From Planctomycetota bacterium (GTDB lineage Bacteria; Planctomycetota; Phycisphaerae; Sedimentisphaerales; Anaerobacaceae): DNA of 64,000 bases. The notes beneath the pieces were generated by a model. That model saw only the letters and a list, made by a program, of their open reading frames with translations. It was not told the origin of the DNA and did no database searches. The DNA is taken from NCBI GenBank assembly GCA_013349615.1, contig DUZJ01000001.1, positions 5,110-69,109 of the forward strand. Reading direction: 5' to 3'. Below, one piece after another: positions 9,828 to 17,969 of the stretch. The position numbers were made by a program, and so were the translations under genes. The number at the start of each line of letters is the position of its first letter. Positions within the stretch are counted from its first letter, which is position 1.

Positions 9828-11117
9828 ATGGCAGAGAAAAACGAATATCGTTTGGAAACTCTTGCGTTGCACGCAGGTCAGCAGGTTGATTCGGACACTT
9901 TAAGCAGGGCGGTCCCGATTTATCAAACCACAAGCTTTCTGTTTAAGGATACCGACCACGCGGCAAACCTCTTTGCCCTAAAGGAGTTCGGCAATATCTA
10001 CACACGCCTGATGAATCCGACGACCGATGTGTTGGAAAAACGGCTTGCTGCATTGGAGGGTGGCGTAGGTGGGCTTTGTTTTAGCTCCGGCATGTCGGCA
10101 ATCACGGCCAGTGTTCTCAATATCTGCCAGGCGCGACAGCACATTGTCTCTTCAAATTCCCTCTATGGCGGAACAGTCACACTATTTAGCCAGACATTTG
10201 CCAAGCTGGGGATTGACGTAACTTTCGTTGACCCCAGGGACGCCGAAAACTTCGCCAAAGCAATCAAAGAGAACACTCGCCTGATTTATATAGAAACGAT
10301 GGGCAATCCCAAAAATGACATCCTCCGGTACGAAAGAATAGCCGACATCGCCCACGAAAATGGTATGCCGGTAATTTGCGACAATACCGTTACCACGCCC
10401 ATACTGTTCAGGCCCTTCGATTATGGCATCGATATTGTCGTTCATAGCTGCACAAAGTTCATCGGCGGACACGGAACCTGCATCGGTGGAGCCATTGTCG
10501 ATTCCGGCAAATTCGACTGGACAAACGGCCGATACCCGGAGCTGACCGAACCGGACCCGAGTTATCACGGCGTAAAATACGTCGAGTCCTTTGGCGAATT
10601 GGCATATATCATAAAAGCAAGAACACAATTTTTACGGGACATGGGTTCCTGTATGTCACCATTCAACGCCTTTCTCTTTTTGCAGGGACTGGAAACGCTG
10701 CATCTGCGTATGCAGAGGCACTGTGAAAACGCGCTCAGGCTCGCACAATGGCTCGAAAAGAACGCGCAAGTCACCTGGGTCAATTATCCGGGCCTCAAAT
10801 CACATCCCGATTATCAACTTGCCAGGAAGTATCTGCCCAAAGGTCAGGGCGCTATCCTTGGCTTTGGAATCAAGGGTGGAAGGCAAGCGGGAATTAAGTT
10901 TATAAACAGCGTTAAATTAGCCAGCCATCTTGCCAACATTGGCGACAGCAAAACTCTGGTAATCCATCCGGCCAGTACGACACATCAGCAGTTGACCGAG
11001 TCCGAGCAGATTGCAGCGGGCGTAACGGATGATTATATTCGCGTCTCGGTAGGCACAGAGCATATAGATGATATAATAGCTGACTTCGACCAGGCATTGA
11101 AAGTAAGTCAGAGGTAA
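9828..11117 (+). CDS. metY: O-acetylhomoserine aminocarboxypropyltransferase / sulfhydrylase
   Basis: 429 aa. [38 protein letters not shown] (PLP Lys) and [22 protein letters not shown] motifs of the Cys/Met-metabolism PLP family. Confidence 0.9.
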   Translation: MAEKNEYRLETLALHAGQQVDSDTLSRAVPIYQTTSFLFKDTDHAANLFALKEFGNIYTRLMNPTTDVLEKRLAALEGGVGGLCFSSGMSAITASVLNICQARQHIVSSNSLYGGTVTLFSQTFAKLGIDVTFVDPRDAENFAKAIKENTRLIYIETMGNPKNDILRYERIADIAHENGMPVICDNTVTTPILFRPFDYGIDIVVHSCTKFIGGHGTCIGGAIVDSGKFDWTNGRYPELTEPDPSYHGVKYVESFGELAYIIKARTQFLRDMGSCMSPFNAFLFLQGLETLHLRMQRHCENALRLAQWLEKNAQVTWVNYPGLKSHPDYQLARKYLPKGQGAILGFGIKGGRQAGIKFINSVKLASHLANIGDSKTLVIHPASTTHQQLTESEQIAAGVTDDYIRVSVGTEHIDDIIADFDQALKVSQR

Positions 11118-11121
11118 AACA

Positions 11122-12003
11122 ATGTGGGAGTACACAGATAAGCTCAAGGACCATTTCTTCAATCCTCGCAATGTCGGCGAAGTAGAAGACCCCGACGGCG
11201 TCGGAGAGGTTGGCTCAATGGCCTGCGGCGATGCCTTGAAGCTGACCTTCAAGCTCGATGAAAACGGCATAATCAGGGACGCAAAGTTCAAAACCTTCGG
11301 CTGCGCAAGCGCTATCGCCACATCCTCCGTCTTGACCGAGATGATAAAAGGAAAAACGTTGGATGAAGCTGCCAAGGTAACCAACAGGGACATCGCAAAT
11401 CACCTCGGCGGGTTGCCCGACCAGAAAATGCACTGCTCGGTTATGGGAAGGGAAGCCCTTGAAGCGGCCATCGAAAACTACCGCGGCGGCGGAAAAAAGA
11501 AACACGAGCTTGAAGGCAGGGTGGTCTGTAACTGTTTTGGCGTTACCGAGAATGAAATCGATAGAGTAGTACGCGAAAACGATCTCACAACAGTCGAAGA
11601 TGTTACGAATTACTGCAAGGCGGGCGGTGGATGCGGCGGATGCAGGGGTGAAATCGAAAAAATAATAGAAAAGATTCAGGGTGATAAGATAAAACAAATA
11701 CTCACAGCCACCCCTCGACGGGCCGGCAAGCTCACAAACATTCGAAAGATACACTTAATTCAGCAGACGATAAATGAGCAGATTCGACCCGCACTCCGCG
11801 CACACGGCGGCAATATCGAGCTCATTGACGTTGAAGGGGACAAGGTCATCGTTGCTTTCCGCGGTATGTGTGCACAATGTATGCTCGCTGAGTACACGAT
11901 GAAGGACGTCGTCGAGGCAAAGCTGAGAGAATTCGTCTCCGACGGGCTTTTTGTCGAGGAAGACAAGGAATCTGCGCAGCAGCCGCACAACCATAGAGGA
12001 TAA
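11122..12003 (+). CDS. nifU: NifU-type Fe-S cluster scaffold (IscU-like N-domain, BFD-like [2Fe-2S] centre, NifU C-domain)
   Basis: NPRNVG..GSMACGDALKL, FKTFGCASAIA, HCSVMG. Central CNCFGVTE..CKAGGGCGGC and C-terminal GMCAQC. Confidence 0.85.
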   Translation: MWEYTDKLKDHFFNPRNVGEVEDPDGVGEVGSMACGDALKLTFKLDENGIIRDAKFKTFGCASAIATSSVLTEMIKGKTLDEAAKVTNRDIANHLGGLPDQKMHCSVMGREALEAAIENYRGGGKKKHELEGRVVCNCFGVTENEIDRVVRENDLTTVEDVTNYCKAGGGCGGCRGEIEKIIEKIQGDKIKQILTATPRRAGKLTNIRKIHLIQQTINEQIRPALRAHGGNIELIDVEGDKVIVAFRGMCAQCMLAEYTMKDVVEAKLREFVSDGLFVEEDKESAQQPHNHRG

Positions 12004-12006
12004 TCG

Positions 12007-13164
12007 ATGGAAACCGTATATTTTGACAATAACGCTACAACGAAAGTCGCCGAAGAAGTGCTCGAAGAGTTCAAACCCTTATTCTGCGAGCTTTATGGGA
12101 ATCCTTCGAGTATGCACACATTCGGCGGACAAATCGGCCGAAAAATCCGCCAGGCTCGCGAGCGTGTAGCCGGCCTGCTGGCCTGTGACCCTACCGAGAT
12201 TATTTTTACCAGCGGCGGAACTGAAAGTGACAACGCCGCCACAAAAGGCACGTTAGCTGCCGCCCCGGGCCGACGAAAAGTCATAACCACAAGAGTCGAG
12301 CACCCCGCCGTATTGACGGCCTGCAGGGACCTGGAAAATCACGGATACACCGTCGTAGAACTAACTGTGGACAAAAAAGGCCAGCTTGACCTTGTTGAGC
12401 TTGAAGAACACCTTGATGACGATACTGCCCTTGTAACGATAATGTTTGCGAACAATGAGACCGGCGTCGTTTTCCCGATTGAAAAAATCGCCGAGCTGGT
12501 TACAGGTAAGGGGGTTGTCTTCCACACCGATGCCGTGCAGGCCGTCGGCAAGATTCCGCTGGACCTTGCTAAAAGCAATATTGATTTACTCAGTCTTTCA
12601 GGCCACAAGCTCCACGGCCCGAAAGGCGTAGGCGTCCTCTACGTCAGGAAGGGCACACGCCTCGCGCCGTTTATACTCGGGGGCCATCAGGAAGCAGGCA
12701 GAAGGGCGGGCACCGAAAATGTCCCGGGAATCGTCGGCCTCGGAAAAGCCTGCGAGTTGGCAGCCGAAAGCCTCGAAGACGAAAACAGCAAAGTCAAATA
12801 CCTCCGCGATAAACTTGAAAACGCGCTATTGCAAAAGTGTCCCGGTAGTCGCCTCAACGGCGACAAGGACAATCGTTTGCCCAATACCAGCAACATCAGT
12901 TTCGAGTATGTCGAGGGCGAAGCCATTCTGCTCATGCTCGACAAATACGGCATCTGCGCCAGCAGCGGCTCCGCCTGCACCTCCGGCTCCCTGGAGCCGT
13001 CTCACGTATTGCGCGCGATGGGCGTTCCCTTCACCGCCGCCCACGGCTCAATCCGATTTAGCTTAAGCAGGTACAACACAGAAGCCGAGATTGATTACAC
13101 CATCGAAAAAATGCCGCCCATAATAAAAAAACTCCGCCAACTCTCACCTTTCGTATCGACCTAA
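12007..13164 (+). CDS. nifS: Cysteine desulfurase
   Basis: 385 aa. YFDNNATT, FTSGGTESDN, SLSGHKLHGPKG (PLP Lys), SSGSACTSG (active-site Cys loop). Confidence 0.9.
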   Translation: METVYFDNNATTKVAEEVLEEFKPLFCELYGNPSSMHTFGGQIGRKIRQARERVAGLLACDPTEIIFTSGGTESDNAATKGTLAAAPGRRKVITTRVEHPAVLTACRDLENHGYTVVELTVDKKGQLDLVELEEHLDDDTALVTIMFANNETGVVFPIEKIAELVTGKGVVFHTDAVQAVGKIPLDLAKSNIDLLSLSGHKLHGPKGVGVLYVRKGTRLAPFILGGHQEAGRRAGTENVPGIVGLGKACELAAESLEDENSKVKYLRDKLENALLQKCPGSRLNGDKDNRLPNTSNISFEYVEGEAILLMLDKYGICASSGSACTSGSLEPSHVLRAMGVPFTAAHGSIRFSLSRYNTEAEIDYTIEKMPPIIKKLRQLSPFVST

Positions 13165-13253
13165 ATATGTACAAATCTGACACGGCTTAATTTTGTCTTC
13201 GGCTTTCTTGCCATTTTTCATTGCTTTAGAAATCAATTTGTAGTAATGATTCG

Positions 13254-13484
13254 ATGTGGGAATCCGCATTTATTCCCCGAAACAGGTGGTTGAAAGTGAA
13301 GAAGAATAAAAAATTCGATGGTGTTAAGATGAAGTGGGACATTCAACAGCAGATCTCCGAAGAATTCGCGTCGGTATCAGACGAAGAAGCCCGCCGGATT
13401 CAAATGGCTAAGGTAATCAAGGGCCCAATCTTAGGCCCATTTTGCAAAGAAGTCAGCTCAGTAAAAAAGGCTTCGTCAAAATGA
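13254..13484 (+). CDS. Small hypothetical protein inside the nifS-duplication scar
   Basis: 76-aa ORF. An internal GTG at 13296 is preceded by AGGTGG (giving MKKNKKFDGVKMKWDIQQQISEEF..). No recognisable domain. Confidence 0.3.
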   Translation: MWESAFIPRNRWLKVKKNKKFDGVKMKWDIQQQISEEFASVSDEEARRIQMAKVIKGPILGPFCKEVSSVKKASSK

Positions 13485-13528
13485 ATTTTTCGTTTCTTTT
13501 CTTTCCTGTTGCAAAGATGGGCTGCGCT

Positions 13529-13591
13529 ATCGAAAAAATGCCAACCATAATCAAAAAAATCCGCGAACTCTCACCCTTCGTACCCGGCTGA
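13529..13591 (+). pseudogene. Displaced, diverged duplicate of the last ~63 nt of nifS (encodes ..IEKMPTIIKKIRELSPFVPG*)
   Basis: Aligns without gaps to 13102-13164 (..IEKMPPIIKKLRQLSPFVST*), with about four of five bases identical by eye, including an in-frame stop. No upstream nifS body. Confidence 0.6.
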
Positions 13592-14268
13592 CAGCCGTTT
13601 TTGCACCGGTACTCTGCTGAAAATGAGATTTACTTAGGCTCCGGCTTATGCTATACTAAAATTCCGCCGAATTCTGCGAAATACGCTTCAAGAGATACGC
13701 ACAATTATTAACTGCCGAGGGACGAATCGAATCCACACCTATCAGTACCAAAGCCTGGTTAATTATTTCTTCCAGTTGCCCCGGATTGTTTGGATTTACC
13801 TCGTGGCAATGTGGCTGGTCGGAACAATCCTTGTCATTTCCGGCCTCATAGCCAGGTCCTCGGAATAGTAACGATTGGCTATACCACAGTTGTCTCAAAA
13901 AACACTTCCCAAGGCCGATTCGAACCCTTACGCTAAAGTAACAAAGCTGTCCCGCTTTCCTTAGCTCATAATCCCCATAACCCGCATAGACCGCACAATC
14001 CCCCAAAAGCCTCGAAATACCGCATTTTACCGGACTTTCCGCATTTTTGAGCAAATTTTAAGGCTGATTTCCAAGCCGTTTTGCTGCTTCTCGACGCATT
14101 ATCGGCCTTTTTTGCAATATTTTGGCACATATAAGCGTCTAATCTCATAGTGAAAGAAAAAGAGCAGTAATGGCAATTGCCTGAGGTCTCTCGCATAGAA
14201 ATTTCCGGCAAGGCCTTCTGCTGAAATACCTCTTATAAGTACGTTGGGGGCTATGAAGGGTTGTTCTT

Positions 14269-14694
14269 ATGGAAGGGCTAAGTCCGCGAATTGGTGATAC
14301 GCCCGGAAAATCAGTAAATCAGATGTATGCCGCATTCTCAGCGTTTCGTTACAAAGACGGCTACACACTCTCCGTCATCGATTTGGGGACCCAGGGCGTG
14401 AAGATTGAATTGATTCAAGCATACGATATTGGGGGGGCGATTATACTACCGCCCGAAAAGGTTCAAGAGTGTGGCAGATGGTTGCTGCAGACCCTTGGCC
14501 AGGATAGCTACGGTTTACCGAGGGAATTGACCGATATTTTGACCAGGCTGATAACCCACAAAAAAGCGGGGCAAATACTTGAACGCGGGGACAAGAAGAA
14601 AATAAAGGATGCCCTCAAGGTACTAAGGCGTGACCAACGGAAACTTGAGATGGAGAGAAAAGTCTTGAGGCTGATTTCAAGCAACGCTATATGA
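14269..14694 (+). CDS. Hypothetical protein
   Basis: 141-aa ORF with no overlapping better ORF. No motif recognised. Confidence 0.35.
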   Translation: MEGLSPRIGDTPGKSVNQMYAAFSAFRYKDGYTLSVIDLGTQGVKIELIQAYDIGGAIILPPEKVQECGRWLLQTLGQDSYGLPRELTDILTRLITHKKAGQILERGDKKKIKDALKVLRRDQRKLEMERKVLRLISSNAI

Positions 14695-14895
14695 TAATCC
14701 TGCATTTTGCGATTTATTGCGGGATTATTTAGCCCCTGAATTCCTAATTCCGCTTTACAAATCCTGATGTTTCACCACTTTTTTGTTAAGTTGATGCCGC
14801 ACCGGCTCGATAAAATTACTGGGGCATACTCTTTGGATATGTATTCGTGTACCTGGTGTGAGTTGTCAAAGTAGTTATTTGAAGCAGGTGAAGTT

Positions 14896-15804
14896 ATGAG
14901 TACAAAAGATTACCATATATATAGTATAGGGCTTTTGCTTTGTGTTGTTCTGTTATTGGCCCTTGGCGGATGTGCCTATCAGGCTAAATTATTAGACCAC
15001 CGGCAGGTTGAACCGGATTCCGGTGTAATCGTCCGGTGCAAAGTCGTCAAGGAGCCTATCATCAAGGTTTCCGAGTCGGGTGATTTCATTTTCTGGTGGG
15101 CAGGCGGGCCCGGCCCTGTCACTTATAGTGTCGCGAAGGTCGTCAACGAGAGAAATAATGACATGTATCGCAAAAGGTTAAAGCCCGTCCTCGAGGTGGA
15201 CTATTTCTGCGAAGCATTCGAAGCCAATCTCAAAAAGGCAATAGAAGAAAACGGCCTACGGGTCAATGGGATAAGCATAGAGCACGAGGAGGCTGGAATA
15301 CCCGTCTGGTCGAACGTCCAGGATTTGAATATTTTCGGAACCTCGGCGAAAAAAAGGGCTCACAAATATGTTCTCCAGCTAAAAGTTTCCTGCGGACTTT
15401 TCAAAAGCGAAGCAAAAAGTGTTGCACAGCTTGAGGGACAGCTCTCCAGGCGCGCCGGAAACAAGGTCCTCTGGAAAAACAAACTCAGCTTCGAAGGACA
15501 GGCGGGAGGAGAACACAAGCAATACGGACACGGAAACGAAGCGGTAAAGCAATGGGAAAAAGATGATACCGTATTACGCGACTGTTTAATGGAAGTGGTC
15601 GATGGCGTAACGAAGATGTTGGCCCAGGAGCTTGCCGATACCACCGAGCAACAGCACCGGGAGTTGACAAAGTTGAAGCTAAAAGACGGCTCCAAGATAA
15701 AGGGCAGCATCATTGACGAGTCGCAGGAGCGTCTTGTCGTCAGGCTTGAAGGCGGCTCGGTAAGGTCTATGCTGGCAGAAAACGTGGTCAGTATGAATCA
15801 GTAA
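14896..15804 (+). CDS. Hypothetical lipoprotein
   Basis: 302 aa with a signal peptide and lipobox (LLLALGGC). No catalytic motif recognised. Confidence 0.55.
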   Translation: MSTKDYHIYSIGLLLCVVLLLALGGCAYQAKLLDHRQVEPDSGVIVRCKVVKEPIIKVSESGDFIFWWAGGPGPVTYSVAKVVNERNNDMYRKRLKPVLEVDYFCEAFEANLKKAIEENGLRVNGISIEHEEAGIPVWSNVQDLNIFGTSAKKRAHKYVLQLKVSCGLFKSEAKSVAQLEGQLSRRAGNKVLWKNKLSFEGQAGGEHKQYGHGNEAVKQWEKDDTVLRDCLMEVVDGVTKMLAQELADTTEQQHRELTKLKLKDGSKIKGSIIDESQERLVVRLEGGSVRSMLAENVVSMNQ

Positions 15805-15904
15805 TATTTCAGGTATCGTCCCGGATTCGAAGACTAAAAATTAAAACTAATTGCCCTCCTCCCAATTTATTGCGGGCGTTGTTTGTTTCCCATCAATAAT
15901 AGTC

Positions 15905-15935
15905 AGCCCCAAGTTTCACCGGGGCTTCTCTTTTT
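15905..15935 (+). terminator. Candidate intrinsic terminator
   Basis: AGCCCC-(10 nt)-GGGGCT stem followed by TCTCTTTTT, about 100 nt after the stop at 15804. Confidence 0.4.
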
Positions 15936-16024
15936 CATAATTGTAGTCCGTCAGGATGTGCAACTTGTCCCCAGGGGACTTGTTGCATACGCAGACCGGC
16001 TAAAAATCCAGAAAAATTCCCGGT

Positions 16025-16720
16025 TTAATTTTTCGCAAGCGCCTTTTTCAAAGCCGCACGTGCGAGAAGCCGCGTCGAATCCAGACCCGGCAGCGGACAA
16101 TCGTTTACGTCCACGAGCAAAGGAATCTCGGTGCATCCAAGAACAACTGCGTCACAGCCGTTTTGCTTGAAGACTTGTATAACGTCATTGAAATAAAGCT
16201 GGGATTCTTCACTAAACACACCATTGACGAGTTCGCCGAATATTATGTTGTCGATTTGCTCTCGCTGTTGCTCTTGTGGTATCTGATAACTTATACCGAA
16301 CTTCTTAAGGACGTCCGGGTACACCGGCCCTCTCATAAGATATTTTGTCCCTAAGATGCCGAGATTCGTAAATCCCCTTTGCCTGGCTTCTTCTGCAGCC
16401 ACTTCTGCTATATGCAGCCACGGAATTGGTGATTGGCTTGCCGCCGGCTCGAATGACTGATGGATGGTGTTGTCGGGACAGATTACAAAGTCAGCCCCAG
16501 CTTCTGTAACTATCTCGGCCGAACGAATCATTAGCTCGCCGACCTTCTCCCAGTCGCCAGCCCGGATATGCACCATATATTCGGAGAGTGGATAAGTGTG
16601 CATAGTTATCTCCGGATGGCAGTGCTGCCCCATCACGGATGATGCTTCTGCGCAAATGGTTCGGTAGCACAGTGCTGCTCCTTCTGCGCTGCACGCCACT
16701 ATTCCGATATGCTTTGCCAT
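16025..16720 (-). CDS. Aspartate/glutamate-family racemase (aspartate racemase-like)
   Basis: 231 aa. IGIVACSAEGAALCY and VVLGCTEIPLLV, the two Cys-containing active-site blocks of the Asp/Glu/hydantoin racemase family. Confidence 0.8.
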   Translation of the reverse strand: MAKHIGIVACSAEGAALCYRTICAEASSVMGQHCHPEITMHTYPLSEYMVHIRAGDWEKVGELMIRSAEIVTEAGADFVICPDNTIHQSFEPAASQSPIPWLHIAEVAAEEARQRGFTNLGILGTKYLMRGPVYPDVLKKFGISYQIPQEQQREQIDNIIFGELVNGVFSEESQLYFNDVIQVFKQNGCDAVVLGCTEIPLLVDVNDCPLPGLDSTRLLARAALKKALAKN

Positions 16721-16780
16721 TTCCGTTTTCCTTTTGTTTAGCGCAGTTTTATGTAGAGGAGCATTCAGGGATTAAAGGAA

Positions 16781-16866
16781 TGCCGAAGGTGGGAGTCGAA
16801 CCCACACCCGGGGTAAACCGGACGGGATTTTGAGTCCCGCGCGTCTGCCAGTTCCGCCACTTCGGC
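16781..16866 (-). tRNA. tRNA-Leu (anticodon CAA)
   Basis: Reverse complement GCCGAAGTGGCGGAA..AGACGCG-CGGGA-CTCAAAA-TCCCG plus a long variable arm, then GGGTTCGACTCCCAC-CTTCGGCA. Class II cloverleaf folded by hand. Confidence 0.9.
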
Positions 16867-16950
16867 TAATCTGGGCAGATTATTAACAATCAGACGAATT
16901 TTGTCAACGCAAATCACAGCTTTTCAGCAGCAAAAAAAACAACCAAATCA

Positions 16951-17095
16951 GGTTGTAGGATATCAGGAATCAGGATATCAGAGTTATTGTGGGTTAGAGG
17001 ATTAGTTAATTGGTGATTGGATGGGGGGAAATAGATTCGAAATTCGAAGCAAAGTCAACATCCGAATTTCGAGTATTCGAAAGGATATATTTAGG
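16951..17095. repeat. Word-repeat / palindromic intergenic element
   Basis: Tandem words (ATCAGGA x3; GGTTAG/GATTAG/GATTGG). A perfect 10-bp inverted repeat TCGAAATTCG (17037-17046) / CGAATTTCGA (17063-17072). Confidence 0.5.
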
Positions 17096-17181
17096 GCTTT
17101 GAATTTTTTATTATCCGGATGTGATTTTGGACGAATTGTCGGGGCGTGGAATCCAGCCGCGATACATTAAGACAAAATTCT

Positions 17182-17607
17182 TCATTCGGCCAGTACGGTC
17201 ATCCATTTCCATCGTGCCGGTATTTCTGTTTTCCTGCTATAGGCTTTCACAATCTCAAGTTCGAAGTCATAGACATATCTTCGTTCATAATTGTCAAATT
17301 TGGAAAAATCAAAATGAAGCAGTGCCGATGACGGATAGAAATCCACGATGCAATACCACGCACCCAGTCGAGGAATGTACTGATAATCAGACTGCATCAT
17401 TATGCCCTGCTTATCGCCGAGCATTTTGTATCGGACAATGTCACCATTGTTGAATTTGGGACTCGGAGGGGCTTCCGTCGGCTTGGCAAAGGTCTCATTC
17501 AGGCCGGGCAGGAACACGGGTTCCTTCAGCCCAACTTTCCCACAACCGGTCGTATAAAATGCCAAAAACGCTAATAATGCAAGCAAAAGATTCTTTTTTA
17601 TCATCAC
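17182..17607 (-). CDS. Hypothetical lipoprotein
   Basis: 141 aa with a signal peptide and lipobox (FYTTGC). Confidence 0.5.
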   Translation of the reverse strand: MMIKKNLLLALLAFLAFYTTGCGKVGLKEPVFLPGLNETFAKPTEAPPSPKFNNGDIVRYKMLGDKQGIMMQSDYQYIPRLGAWYCIVDFYPSSALLHFDFSKFDNYERRYVYDFELEIVKAYSRKTEIPARWKWMTVLAE

Positions 17608-17969
17608 TCTGCCTCAACACCAGAACGAACCAACAAAAAACCCAGAGGACAGGCTGCTTTCCGTCCCTGGTCATCGCGTGGTTTTCCGGACGTTTGTATT
17701 TTTCTAAGCTTCATTATAGTAAAAACTCCCATGCATTGTCAATCAAATTTGCGTTAATCTGCGTATAAAAAACTAAAAACCCTGCGTTACCTGTATAAAG
17801 GCCGAGGGCAAACGTAGGCATTTGGGATATTTTGAAAGCGAATTAGATACGGCGAAGGGGTGCTTTTTTCTTGATATAAGGCCCTATATGGACGATAATA
17901 ATACTTTCATGGAACCACAACGCAAGTGGTATGCCATAAATGTCATCAGATCTACAGGAGGATTGTGAA

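Noticed and set aside
14020-14045. GGAAAGTCCGG on the minus strand, reminiscent of the universally conserved RNase P RNA P4 segment (GAGGAAAGUCCGGGC).
   Set aside because: The continuation differs (..CCGGTAAAATG, not ..CCGGGCTCC). The matching P4 3' strand (ACAGAANCCGGCUUA) is absent on that strand; the only CCGGCTTA is on the opposite strand at ~13642. No P10-P12 motifs are present.
13656-14054. 132-aa minus-strand ORF. It shows faint resemblance (..LWYSQS.., ..NPNNPGQLEE..) to the C-terminal region of REP-associated/IS200-like Y1 transposases.
   Set aside because: The resemblance is a few scattered residues with wrong spacing. No HUH or catalytic Tyr block is visible, and there is no RBS. 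I cannot support a call, so it is left unannotated. A profile search (Y1_Tnp HMM, all frames over 13592-14268) would settle it.
14712-15876. 12-bp direct repeat ATTTATTGCGGG flanking the lipoprotein gene (14712-14723 and 15865-15876), as a possible target-site duplication or att pair.
   Set aside because: By my rough estimate (about 2x10^9 position pairs / 4^12) more than 100 identical 12-mer pairs are expected by chance in 64 kb. There is no integrase or TIR nearby.
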